From Folioceros fuciformis (Eukaryota): a stretch of DNA of 64,000 nucleotides. The position numbers were made by a program, and so were the translations under genes. Below the pieces are notes generated by a model, which saw nothing but the letters and a program-made list of their open reading frames with translations, was not told the DNA's origin and made no database searches. The number at the start of each line of letters is the position of its first letter. Within the stretch, counting starts at the first letter, position 1. The stretch lies in the NCBI GenBank assembly GCA_049999805.1, contig JBNGIO010005480.1, forward strand, positions 1 through 64,000, written 5' to 3'. Shown here piece by piece: positions 51,542-64,000 of this stretch.

Positions 51542-54500
51542 TCAGAGACTTTGTGGTTCCTGGCACGGCCGCCAGCCTGTGAAGCGAACGTCCACTTCCA
51601 ATGCTCCAACAATTTCACCCTGTCTGGAAAGCAGATTGAACCATCCGCTGAACCCTGCAACAGGTTGTGCACGTTGTTGAGACATGTTCATGTTTCTGAT
51701 CAGCCATGGGCAGCGAACAGCAACAGGATGATGAGGCAATCCCTCACCTTCTACATTGCGAAGGAGGGGCAGGCATGGTGTCGAAGCAGTGCCCAGCCAC
51801 ACCTCGTTGTGAGCAGATTTTGCCCTCGGTGTGGAGTGCCACACTTCGAAAGTCATGTTGCCTGTCTTGAGAGACTGGATAACAAGAGCATCTAAGAAGA
51901 CAGGCATCCGTTTTGTCCATCCGTAGTACGGATCAAGGACTTGTGCCTGCGTAACATGCGGGTGAGCACATGACAAAGCCTGAAAACATGAAGTGATGGA
52001 ATATGCAGCACTAGATGACTGCGATGAACTGCTACTTACAACCTTGAATGGGGTGCTACTGGGCGGATAGCTTTGCTCAAGCTCGTGATTGCAGGGAAAG
52101 AGAGAGAACCTCACACAAGACGTCACCCCATCAAGAAACGCATCCGACACGGAGGATTTGTGTAGGGTAGCTGCTTCCATTGCTTTCTGCAACATCCAAA
52201 TGTCCAAGTGAAGGGCATCGTTCGTTGGCATGCGGCGAAAGAAAGTGCGCTGAAAGAGCCATGTTGGTTGTTTGATGACAAGGACCCCGATGGGTACCTG
52301 GAGACCTTTGGCCCTGATGATACTGATCTCAAGGGATGCTTCAATAGGCCCGCGGTTCAAAACGCTTCGTACTCTGCTGTTGTCGAAGATGGTGTCAGCA
52401 AGGAGATTCTCTCGCTTTTCGTCTTCACTTCTTCCATAAGCAATTTGGACAATCAACATGGGAACTTCCGACTCTAGTAGCTGCAACTGCTCTTCCAGAA
52501 TAACAGGTATGTGGAAAGTCCTTCGTACCTATTAGTTGTCGGATTTGGAATTTCAGATGTAACTTCGCATACTTGTGCAATCAGCACTTCGACATCGCTC
52601 AGTTTCAGGGATCAAAGATGGAACAACCTACCTCTCCTGTTGATCCAGCCCTTGTCCACTCTTTAAGTAGGTCAAACATTCTCTGCTGAGGTAAAATAGC
52701 TGTTCCGATCTGGTGCTCTTGTTCTGTTCCAAAGTTCGCATGCTCCCTCACTCTGGCCTTCTTCAGTACGTCCTTTCTACTCCGACGATTGATATCCAAG
52801 TTCTCCAGGGCTTGTAGCACTTCAGGTTCATAGCTCCAGATTCCCGAAAAATATCCCCAAATTTCGAACCTCAGGTTGCTACAGCCACCATTCTCCAGGT
52901 GCTCTCTCAAGCTCCATCCAGTGGGCAAGCTGATACCATGCCGCACAGAAGCTTGAAAGCACATCTTCCTACTCCACTTGACCTCCTGGGATATGAACCC
53001 CGCAGCAAAGCACGATGAATGAAAAGATCAGTTGCGCAATGGTGAAATCGTTCCGAAGTGAGGAGCCTATGCCACTGTAGGACACATACTTGTGTGAAGA
53101 GTGGATCTTCCTCGCCTGGAAACATGTATTTGATGAAGGCACCCCCTGAAGCAGGATAAAATGACATTCCTGCAATTGACAACAACATTGGCTTCTCCTC
53201 ACCATGCACCACATTTACCTCCCAAATGAAATGAAACTCGTACCACTAGGGGCTTACCGGTTGGTGAACATCCGTGGAAACACAGAGATTTTGCATCGGG
53301 AAGGCCCAAGGCTTCCTGAACTTTCACCTCAAACACGTGCCTGGTCATTGCACTGTGCTGAGAAATCATAAAGCACATTAGCAGGCTTCACTCTCCTTCC
53401 TCAAGTTAAATCTAGTTTTCATCTAGATGCTTGTGAAAGTGCTGACAAGACAGCGTTTTTGTCAGGAAATGTCCCAGACGTCAAATCCAAGGAAATAGGT
53501 GTCGGCGTTTCCTGCACTCAGTGCTTGCTTCCTTACATTTGGAGAGTCTGCCCTCTGTTGGGTAGAAGTTCGGATGCTTGGCACCTCCATGTAAGGAACT
53601 CGTTCCTCTCTGTCCAGGTCTCTAGTGTCAGTTGGTGCGGATGAAGCAGCATTGTGTGTCTTTTGCAGTTTTAACATGTCCGGCCCAAGTCCTCTCATCA
53701 CCATGACGTTCATGTATCCACACACACAGTCCTTGAATGGGTTATAGACCGGGTATACCTCGGCGGCAACAGTCTCAGAATTCTTCGTGTTTGCCAAAGG
53801 TACCTTGATCAGGCCTACAAGATGGTCGAGTCCATCTGTTGCTAGCCCACAGTTTGCCCTCCAAATCTCCAGAAACATCATCGTCACCTGACTGCCCCCA
53901 GATGAAGGTATAACTGAATCGGCATGACGTTTTGTCACAGAGTCTCCTGTCAAGGGTCCCTGTGAGTAAACTGGAGGCGAGAATGGCGTCCTGGAGACTG
54001 TTTCGGAGCTCAGTTTAACTACCAAGTCCAAGTTGTTGCTCCCGCCATCTGATTCAGGACTCTCAAAAAAATCGACACTGACATAATACCAGGAGGTACC
54101 CTGCAAACAGACACTGGTAGCTTAGAACATGCAGTGAAAAGATCCGTAGTCCTGACTTTGCAACTTTTCCCTTAATGTGACATCAGAGAGATGGAGAACA
54201 CAGGGGCAAAGACTTCAGACCTGCTCTTGTTCCGGAACAGAAGAATCAGTATTATGCCCCTGATGCTGGTGAGAGCCCTGCAATTTCAAACAATATTCCA
54301 CTGTGAATTTACAGAGGAAAATGCGGAAGCTGAACGGTATCCAGTCAATAGTTCTATCCTGCCTGACCTCCAATGTTGGAGTTGGTAGTGCCCAAGCTGG
54401 ATTCGCACTTTGGAATAGTCTGAGCCCAATGTTAAGACATGCGTAGACACGTGGTGTTCTGTCCGTTGATGGTGAAGGCTTAGCTTTCACTTCCGAACTC

Positions 54501-57500
54501 AATTTGTTAGCAGTCTTCTTCTTCCTAAAACTTTCTTTAGTGTCAAGTAACTGGATTTCATCCTTAGCAACTCTCCAGCAATTTGCAGCTGCACGGGCCA
54601 CAGTCTTGTGAGTTGTCCTCGGACGTGTGGCATTGTCCTTCCATGGAGCTCTAGTGAACTCCTTCACCTTGACAAGTTGCAAACCTGTGCAGTAAGATAA
54701 AGGCATCGACTGAATGACAGTCTCTAGAGGTATGCTTCCCTCACATCGACACACATCACTCGAAGGCCACTTCAAGGAGATATTCACTCTCACAGATTGT
54801 GATCTCCAGGCATGCAGCCCTGACTCTCCCGAAGGTAGCTGCCAATAGAATTGAGATTGATGGTCAAAGCGAAGTTCACGCTTCTGCTTCTCAACAGGAG
54901 AAACGGAGACTATCTGCTCCGGTGATGTTTTGATATCCGCAACTAGGAGCTTAACAGCAGGAAAACAAAGAGTCAGCAAGCATGTACAAGCAGTAAGGTC
55001 TCTAGCATGTGAATCCAGAAGGACCAGGTTTTCTACTGAAACAGCTAAGCACAATGGACCTTCTTTCGCAGAAGAAATAATCTGTCTTGGAGGCTCTACA
55101 GCTAAAGCTTCAGTGCCCCTGTGACCCATGTGCTTCTCTGGATGACAATCTGAGTCACTCTCTTCCCCTGGGAAGAACAGCTCCTTCAGCAGAGCTTCTT
55201 CTGCAACGTCCTGCGGATCTTCCTGCGCGTCAGATAGCAATTTCGGATCCAGGCAGTTTACCATGCGATTCATAAAGTAGGAGTCTCTTTCTTTGTCTTC
55301 ATAAACCCGCCTTTCATTGTCAAGCTTCTTTAGCACTGTTGCCAGCAAGCCATCCTGTTTAGAACCGTGATTTCCTGACTCCCCGGCATCATCGCCCACA
55401 GACAGCCATTTACCAGGCCCTAGGAAACAGGGCCCTGTATCCTTGGCCTGTTCAACTCGCCTGCATTGCAAGGCGACTGGCACGGTGGACGCCTCAACTG
55501 CCGGAGTCTTTTGCAGTGTTACATCTAAGCTCAGAGGCACAGAGCATGTCCGTGCCATGGCATCACGCAGAGCTGCAGCCCGACGAACAAATTTTTTCAC
55601 GGAGTTCCCCTCCGATGTTGGTGCCTTCATGGGTTCCTCTGTGACCCTTTCCTCATTCTCAAGATGGAAACCAGATTGACCTCTGTAATCCGTTTTGTCC
55701 GTACCTCCCAAATTATCAACACTTGTAGCCTTGTCCTCAGTTGGCCCAGTCGATCTTTCAACAGGTGTGCGTGGCCTACCGCCGTAAGTTCGCAGTCCTT
55801 TCAGGATTGCTCCTCGTCCCTCAAAATTTGATGCCTTTCGTGGATCTTCAACGGTAGCTTCAAGGAAGTGCTCTGCGTGAGCGCCACTTGCATGGTCATC
55901 TGTTGCTGCACCACTGGCAATGTTCTTCAGTCCATTCACCCGATCCTGCGGCATCGCACTGAAGTTAACCTGGATGCCGAGACTCTTCTGACAACTTTTC
56001 AAGGGACTTTCATCTCGTCTTCGTTTCTGGACATGGCGTTCCCTAGTTGCTCTCCTCTCCTTCCCACTGTCAAGCCTTTGGGAATGAAAGTAAGAGGTGA
56101 GTTCAGCCGACAGATTTGACTGGAATGCATCAACCTGATGCTCACTTTCTGGTGACACGTCGCCTTCCCCATGTTTTTGCCTTCTTGGACTGTTCAATGT
56201 TGATTCCCAGGTTTCTGCCTGCTTCATGTCACTGATCAGCCTATCAAGTTTATCGTTCAACAGGTCCTTGGTGGTATTTTCTCCTGACCTATCCGAGGGA
56301 GCGGCAGTCTTCCCAAACCATCTGCTGAGCACCCGATCCATCACTTTAGGGGACAAACCAGTCACTGTGTCTGCTTGCTTAGCTTTTTTGTCAAGGTGTA
56401 ATGTATTATCGTCATGCTCTGGCAGGTTGAGACGTGCTCCCCTAGCCGAAAACTCCTCGACAACCCCTTCAGAAGAATCCATGGACTTTAATTTCTCAAT
56501 CTTTTTTGACCATAACCCAGAACTGTTTCTCAGAGGAGTAAGATTCTCAGGAGAGTCAAACTTCATTTGCTTCCTGATCTGGCGCCCAATCCTTGACACC
56601 ATTTCCGCAGTTTTATCATCAATTCCCAACAGATGGTTCTTTTCCACAGACGCCACATCCGAGAAGGACTCAGAGCCTGCTTCTCTTGGTGACTGATCAT
56701 CTGTTGAGCATGTACTGTGGGCTCCCACATCACACCATGCTTCACCTAGTGCATTGTTGCCAGCATGTTCATCTGCCAGAAAAGACAGCGACCTTGGGTA
56801 TGACGTCATTTGCTGGTCATATCTGCTGTTGGAGTTATCTTGTGCTTCTGTACTGCGCAAGTGCTCGATTGTAGGATCCGTGTCACTGTCAGCAAATGCC
56901 TGAATAGGTTCGGAGATCGGATTTCCTGGTCGCTTCAGATCCGCTGATGCTGCATCTGACTTGTCATGGGAAACATCTGACAGGACCTGTTTCTCGATGG
57001 AATTCAATAGGTCATCATCATCCAGGTTTGAAAAAGAAGACCACTGCGTTTTCGTCGCCTTGTAACTGTTGCTTGGGGATCCTGGTAAACAAGGAAAGCT
57101 GAACTTGTAACAAACAATCTTAAGCTCCTGTCATGTGTTTGGCAAGATGCGTATTTCGGGCCATACTCACCGCAACCTTTTCCCTTTGATGGTTTCCGGT
57201 TCTTCTTTTTGTTGTGAATCTGCCACTCAATGGTACTAGGTGAGGGCAGAAAAAGTAACCATCGTGCATGCGAAAGAAGAAACTGGGTGAGAACGAGGCC
57301 GCGGAGGAGCTCTGCAAAATCTTACCTGCACTTCCACGGAGAGCGTGCCAATGAACCTCTGAATCTCATCATACACGGGACAGCTTGCATTAATGGGGTG
57401 CCTTTCGTCCAAACCTTGCACTGAGAGGCTTGAGGTGCCAACCATATTACCAGCTGAATCATGACCACCCCATGCTTTCCTATCTCTTGCCACCACGAGG

Positions 57501-58098
57501 CCCAGCGAGACCATATCCTGAAAGTACCTGCCAAGAAGGCAATCCAGCAATGACGGGGAGGGGAAACTTACCTTCTTGGATTCTCCAAATGGTGGCCAAG
57601 TGTCAGGCAACACCATACACTGCCAGACGTTAAGGTGCCTGAAGAAGTCTATTACCTGACAAGGTGCTTGTGTCCGGATTTGAGAGGAAATATTGCAGTA
57701 ACATTGAGGGGTCTGTAACCAACAGTGGGAATGGCTAGAGTTGTGATCTGCTCGGGGGGAAGTCCCCACCATTTGAAAAACAGGCTGCATGTTGGGGGCG
57801 GCTGAAAGTTTGGCTCCCAATCAAGAAAGTTCACGTGAAAGAAAAGCTCGCCTTTTATCTGTAATCTTGCAGGTTAAGGAAAATTGAAGGTCTTGAGCTC
57901 CGGTGCAGGGGCAAAGTTGTGCACTCCAGCTCTTGGGACGTGTTAAGCAGAATGTAGAACAAACATAGCACCATGGATATCATCGTGGACTTCAGGAGGA
58001 AGTGAAGGACCCCTGACAATTTCAGCACTGCTTGAGAACTTGCGTCTAGAAGATCTAGGTCGGGATTGCGGTGCGTCCACTTCATGGTGTCCTGGCAT
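51542..58098 (-). CDS. C2CD3: C2 domain-containing protein 3-like centriole/basal-body protein (multi-exon)
   Basis: N-terminal C2CD3-type C2 domain (SLPPE, FKWWG, RYFQDMVSLGLVV, HPINASCPVYDEIQRFIGTLSVEV), a 930-aa exon, and further C2 domains (LEIW..LVGLIKVPL, LRFEIWG, FEVWH..WLGTAS, GWFNLL..GALEVDVRF). Start at 58098 is inferred. Confidence 0.8.
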
Positions 58099-58488
58099 TG
58101 TTCCGTTTTCACCGTGCTTTATGCTTGTCTGTCGTGTACGGGTTGGAATTGTACTCCATGACTTGATCTTCGGCTAAGAAGCCAATTTGTAGAAAGCCAT
58201 CGTCCGATGTTTCAGAGCTCCTCTCTTTCCACTAGTCGATGGGAAAAGTTCAAACACAGGAGGCAAACACACGTGACCAGTCTGACGTCGAAGGCACCGC
58301 GGACGACCATTGGGAAGCCCACCACACGACGATGACAGAAAACTGAAAGAGGCCATTGCAGTCAAGGCCAAGACAGGAGTATGTCAGGCTAGCGGTTAAC
58401 CTGACTCAAGGTCAACTGACACAGGCTCATTGACAAGAACTGTCTGCAGATATGTATTCCGAAAGCATTCGTTTGAAGGAACGACATC

Positions 58489-60468
58489 CTAGTGGCTTAC
58501 TAAGGTCCTGAGGTACTTGTCTAGACGAATTCCAAACACCTTTCTGGAAAAATGTTCTTGCACGTGCTGCCTTGCGGCGATGCCCATGCTTCTTGCCTTC
58601 TCAGGGCCAGTGAGCAGAGAAGACATGGCCTGGCAAAAACTCTGCGGCGTGGGTTCACATAGCAGGCCTGTTACACCGTGTCTAATACTTTCTTTAGGAC
58701 CTCCACTGTTGCAAGCAACTACGGGCTTTCCTGCAGCCATAGCTTCCAAGGGAACAATCCCAAAATGCTCTTCCTGCATAACATGTTCGCCATGCGATTA
58801 TGTTGGTGTCCACTGGCAAGCACACCAGGAGGAGGCTAGTTAGCGATCGTTCCTTACCATGGGTGTGTAGATGACACAAATGGAGGCATGCAACAGCATG
58901 TTTCTTTCCGAGGTTGAACAAGATGGTAAAAAGAGAACTTGTTTTGTCACGCCCTCCTGCTGAGCAAGGGAGTTCAGCTCGTTGAAGTACTCACGATTCT
59001 CAGACAATCGGGGGTCGTAACCACCTGCATTGAGAGGAACGTTAGGAAGCACACAATGCCCTGAGAATGATGTTGCAATTGACGAATGCTGGAACTTGAC
59101 GTAGCTATGGGTGTGCGATCCGTACCAGCAACCACAAGTCGGATGTTTACAAGTTCACCACTGTCTTGGCACTGACTCAGCTGTTCCAGGAGTCGCGAGA
59201 AAGCAGAAATTGCCAATCTGAGATTCTTCTTCCTCTCAAACCGGTTGATGGAAAGGAATACACGGCTGCGCAACAGAAAACTCCATGGATGATGAGGATG
59301 TCATGGAGGAGCGCAAGTTACGCTCGTAAATCACTCGCAAAAAATACAGCTCACTCCTACCTGCCAGCAGGGAGACCAAGCTTCTCCAAAGATTCTTGAG
59401 ATGCAGAAGTTGAATCAGCCGTTCCCGGTGCCGAGAACTGGTCAACATCCACGGCTGGGTACAGGACTGCTGGGTACAGGCCCTTCCTTTCGAGTGACTT
59501 GAAAGTCGTCCCAAAGATGCTTGCCGTGAACTCACTGTTCACCAGCACAAGATCTGCCATTCCTGCATCCGGCTCTCACCATCTCAGGAACTGCATACCC
59601 TGCAGATACTAAGAAGGAATGAGCCAAGCAACCACTTCCACTGGCTTAAGGAAAGAAGAAGTTTCTGCTTGTCCCAGCTAACAAGTCTCAGTCCAATATC
59701 GTGGTCCATACCAGTAGTCCTTTCTTCAACCAAATCGATGGGCCAACGATACATCTTCCTCAATCTCGTGGAATGAGGGGCAAGCAGCAAGTCCGGAAAA
59801 TGACAGTACAACAGCACCTGCAAAACAATCACCCCAAAAGATGAGTGAGGTACGAAAATCTGCCGACAACGCGGCCAACAAATCATCTACTCCCTTTGCT
59901 TATCATCCATCTACCGACCTTGGCATTTCGTTTCAGCTTCAGCAGAGGTATAACCGCTGACACTTGGTCTGCCAGCGCAACATCATACGCCGGCCAGAAT
60001 AGCACGACGCACAGAGCCACGTAGAGGCACCGAACATATGCACACACGGCATGAAACCTGTTGAAGACATGTCGAGGAAGAAAGGACCCATAAACCGTGA
60101 CTGGAAAATTTCCTGGTAATACAACACAACAGGGTGAAGACACAACAGAACCAATTTCAGTCAACATATCGAAGACATAAACCGCAGACGGACAGCCTAC
60201 CACTCACAGTCTCCTCGAAGCAGCGCTTAGGATCATGATGAGCTGTGAACACATGCACATGGTGTCCCAACGCAGTCAATTCTAGGGCTGCATCTACAAT
60301 GAGCCTCTCCGCACCACCTGGCCACAATGACGAGATTCGACAATCAGAACCCCACACCCTAATTAGCAGCTCAATGGATGAAGCTCGGAGCACGGCATTT
60401 GTCACCGACCCACCTATTCCAAGATCAGGATGGCAAATAGCAACACGGAGTTTCCGCGAGGACGCCAT
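58489..60468 (-). CDS. ALG2: Alpha-1,3/1,6-mannosyltransferase (GT4, multi-exon)
   Basis: HPDLGIGGAERLIVDAA, HHDPKRCFEET, YCHFPDLLL, LVNSEFTA, FLSINRFERKKNL, GGYDPRLSENREY and EHFGIVPLEAM. Confidence 0.97.
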
Positions 60469-61382
60469 CGCACTCACAAAGCGTACACTGCTCAGCAAAT
60501 TGTTTACATGGGCTACTACCATGCACCGCCTACACAACAAGTAACCCAGATTAGTTACATGCAAATCTCGAATACACGGTGCAAGGGTTGAAGAAAATAA
60601 AAAAGTTTACTTAAGTCTAGTAAAGAGGGCGGGACTGCGCAGGTCGTTTTGGAGGAAAGTGTGGCGAACGGCGCCGTTCGCTCCTACAGTTTTCTTAACT
60701 TCCAAATGCCAATTCGGATTTGCACCCTGCTACCCCTTGTTCACAGTAAATCAACCCCCCGCCCTAACACTCCCTTGGTCGCGCCAGTGACGCCCTAGTG
60801 ATGAGAGCGAAAATGGATCTTCAAAGCTAGGAGTGAGACGGCTGGGTTGGCGTGAAGATGGACGTGAAAGTCACGAAGAAAAACGGTGCAGGCCCGGTGT
60901 CCCGGTCCGGTGCGCTTGGTGCGAGCCGGGCCGGGTGACACCGGCCGGAACTCTTGGTTGGTCTTGGAACCCACTTGCAACTGCAACTACAGAAACATGA
61001 GGAGACGGTTTGCAGTATCGCGATTGGCCAACAAACTGTAGGTTTCATTTAGACAGCGTCCGGACGGGCTGAATGTCATCGAATAGCGCTGAGGGCTGGG
61101 CCGGGGAATGGTGAATTATGCCGGACGTGCCGCTCGTGTGTGGGCGCTTCGTGGACGTGCAGAAGCTTGGATGAATCAAAACCCAAATTTAGCGTTTCAT
61201 GTGACAGCCCAACCTAGCATCCAGCCTGGCCCGCTCGACGCAGGAGCCGTTACATAGTCCTGAGTCTCGGACATGGTCGTTCATCATTGCAGAAGCAGAA
61301 GCAGGAGCAGGAGCGATTTGCATATGTACCTGGCATTCTGCATTGGACTCTCGATCAGAAGAGTTGGGATATCGATCCCATC

Positions 61383-62621
61383 ATGACCATGAGGCTGTCA
61401 CTGCTGGTAGCACTTGTGGTGGCCTTGTTCGCCGTGCAGGCTTTCGCCGGCGGCCACGGAGGGCGTACTAGCGAGAATGGATGGGGTGATGGCTACAATG
61501 GAGACGACGGCGGGCACCAGGAAGACGACGGTGGCCACCACGAAGGCGACGGCGGCCACCACGAAGGCGACGGTGGCGACGATGAAGGTGAGGGCGGCAG
61601 CTATGGTATCGCACTACGCATAGCTCAGTGCACCTTGGCTTGTGTTTGTGTGGCAGTGCTTCGAAATTGTCCGATCCTCAATCCATGTCGATCTGACCCA
61701 GTAGTCCCATAAGATTTTTGCAACTGGCCATACCCAGTTGAGAGCGAAGCGACTGGCATGAATGAAATTTTGCAATGTGACCGTCGTTGCTGTATGCGTG
61801 ATTTGTGATGCACAATACAAATGGACGGTGTGTGTGACACTGTGATAGACCCCTGCACCAAGTACCCGTCCCTGTGCAAGGACCCGGTTCTCAAGACCCC
61901 CGGAGGCCAGCAGTTCTATTTCCACGGCCATAAGGACGCCGACTTCTGCCTCGTGTCCGATGCCCACATCCATGTGAACGCCCACTTCACCGGCCTCCGC
62001 AGGCCCGACATGGCCCGCGACTTCACCTGGGTCCAGGCTCTGGGGCTGAGGTTCGGCGCACACCAGCTGTACATCGGAGCCAACAAGGTGGCGCAGTGGG
62101 ACGACGCCAAGGACCAGCTGGCCGTCACCTACGACTCCAACCCCATCGTCCTCCCCGCCGGCCAGGGAGCTGTGTGGCAGTCTCCCGCCAGCGGCATTAC
62201 CGTTGCGCGCCTGCGTGCCACCAACCTGGTCAAGATCGCAGTGGACGGAGTTGTGGAGATGCTGGTGAAGGTGGTGCCAGTTTCCGAGGAGGACAACCGG
62301 GCGCACAACTACGGTGTGGATTACACTATCAACTCCATGGCCCACCTAGACGTGAGTTTCAAGTTCGTCAAGCTCACCAGCAACGTGCACGGCGTGCTGG
62401 GACAGACTTATGCCCCGGGCTTCAAGCTGATAGAGAAGCTCCCCGGGCAGCTGATGCCCACCATGAGGGGTGACGACAATTTCCTCACCTCCTCCATCTT
62501 CTCGGCCGATTGCTCCGTGACCAGGTTCGGAGGTGATGCTGGAGACATTATTGCCGACCTCGCTGAGCTGCAATGTGGGCCTTCCAAATCTGGCACCTCT
62601 GGCATGGTGTGCAGGCGCTGA
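61383..62621 (+). CDS. Secreted root-cap/LEA-related protein with Gly/His/Asp-rich N-terminal repeats (2 exons)
   Basis: Signal peptide MRLSLLVALVVALFAVQAFA and GGHHEGD-like repeats. After an intron: CKDP..FYFHGHKDADFCLVSD, RDFTWVQALG, HNYG, AHLDVSFKF..VHGVLGQTY and GMVCRR. Confidence 0.92.
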
Positions 62622-62804
62622 GAAATACGCTGCTTCTCCTCTTCACTTAACAATTCTTCAGAAGGTCCTGTTGTTTACTAACATGCTAATGTGCAGTTTC
62701 CAATTGTGAATCGAGCTCGGTTCAGGACGCAAGTCTTGTTCGAGTCAGGGCACTGGCTGCCCGCGAGGTTGACAAGCAGCCATCCTATTGTTCTCTCTGT
62801 ATTT

Positions 62805-62836
62805 TATTGTATTGTATTGTATTGCATTGTATTGTG
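62805..62836. repeat. (ATTGT)n microsatellite
   Basis: TATTGTATTGTATTGTATTGCATTGTATTGT. Confidence 0.9.
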
Positions 62837-63359
62837 TTGTTGTTGGAAGGACACAAACCAGTCCCGGTGGGCATAGAAATGGAATACCACACCGGACACA
62901 AGTCCGGTGCGGCCTCTTCTTTTTTTATCGCGAATCCAAATTGTCCAGAATATCCGTTCATTATACCAAATATTCTCATGTTTTGTTCAAATTCAAGGAT
63001 ACACGCCATGTTCGCTTTGGCGCCCTTGCCAACACTAACCCAGCACCACATGACATCATGTCATAGCACACATAGGCAACGGCTACGTCGTGGGTGAAGT
63101 GTACACGGTGGTTATCACAAATGACTCAATGACATAGCTATGGGTATGCAAGTGGCCGGGGATTGTATAGGGCTGCCCTTCAATTCACACCCCCTCCCGA
63201 TCTAAGACACCATGAGAGGTGGGGGAGCCTGTTTGTACCTAGTTGTGCATGCAAATGTGGTCAAATGGGAACTTTAGGCCTCACGGCCTTAAAGGCTTAG
63301 TTTGGCCCCACGTGGATGGGGGTTTTCAAGCCTCGAGAGCTGGAAGCTTTGCTGCTACA

Positions 63360-63476
63360 GGGTCTTAGTGCTCATAGTTGAGACAGGCCATGCCTAAGGG
63401 TTGGAGATTAGCCTCAACGGGGTCTTACTGTTCATAGTTGAGACAGGCCATGCCTAAGGGTTGAGATTAGCCTCAC
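63360..63476. repeat. 60-bp tandem duplication, probably LTR-derived
   Basis: GGGTCTTA.TG.TCATAGTTGAGACAGGCCATGCCTAAGGGTTG(G)AGATTAGCCTCA occurs twice. Confidence 0.88.
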
Positions 63477-63524
63477 CACTTGCTAGGGCTCGGGAGCTTC
63501 CCCCAAATATGCGTGGTTGTTAAA

Positions 63525-64000
63525 CGATCAACCCGTGAGGTAACCCTCTCTCGTAGTGTTCACTTCAACGAACCTCACATTCTTCATACTTACCGTCACA
63601 ACATCATAACCTCTAGCTCACTTCTCACTGCCAATATGACTGTTTATTCCCCTCTTAATCTTGAGGGGGGCACATATGACGACACCCCCTCATCCTTTCT
63701 CCAAGATCAAGAGGCTCCTCCACCAGCTCCTGAACCTGAACAACATGAACACATCCAAATGAACCCTCAGTTAGCATCCCAGCAACAACCACAACAAGTA
63801 AGTCATCAAGAACCAGAGGTAATCCCCCACCAACCTATAGCCCATCCAATCCCACTACAACCTCTCCTCCGAGACGTACCGACTCTTAGGTGATCATCAA
63901 GGAACAAGCCACCAAGAGAAGAATGGAAGGATCCACCCTACACACCTGGAGACACACTGACTGGCAGAACTCCTCCTTCAGTCGAATCCATTCCTACAGA
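63525..64000 (+). mobile_element. Ty1/copia fragment (integrase C-terminal end and linker), runs off the window
   Basis: STREVTLSRSVHFNE followed by LR*SSRNKPPREEWKDP parallels TRQLTLSRSVIFHE...HEWQDP of the copia at 6740-7190. Confidence 0.75.

Overview
Eukaryotic land-plant genomic DNA with five N-gaps. Short introns, dense gene packing and a C2CD3 centriole gene point to a compact-genome plant with flagellated sperm (hornwort/bryophyte-like; inference). Zone 1 (1-16.2 kb) is a nest of decayed retroelements: a CRE-clade-like non-LTR element with a restriction-like endonuclease, two head-to-head Ty1/copia elements that each keep only the 3' LTR, and a ~2.1 kb probable solo LTR inserted in one integrase. 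Zone 2 (16.2-20.1 kb) is AT-rich and holds a BURP-domain gene plus a degenerate partial copy. Zone 3 (20.5-62.6 kb, after a 400-N gap) is GC-richer and gene-dense: putative secreted Pro-rich protein, eIF3k, PPR protein, Gln-rich orphan, BUP/At5g04480-like gene lacking its glycosyltransferase domain, TAF11, PMM, trypsin-fold pseudo-protease, DCI1, gamma-clade RDR with DLDGD, alpha-tubulin, 2-oxoglutarate dioxygenase plus pseudogene, C2CD3, ALG2 and a root-cap/LEA-related protein. Retroelement remnants resume at ~63 kb. No clearly new multi-gene system is evident. The best leads are the CRE-like element, the RDR-gamma and the GT-less BUP-like gene. Exon boundaries were read by eye and family calls come from recalled motifs, not searches.
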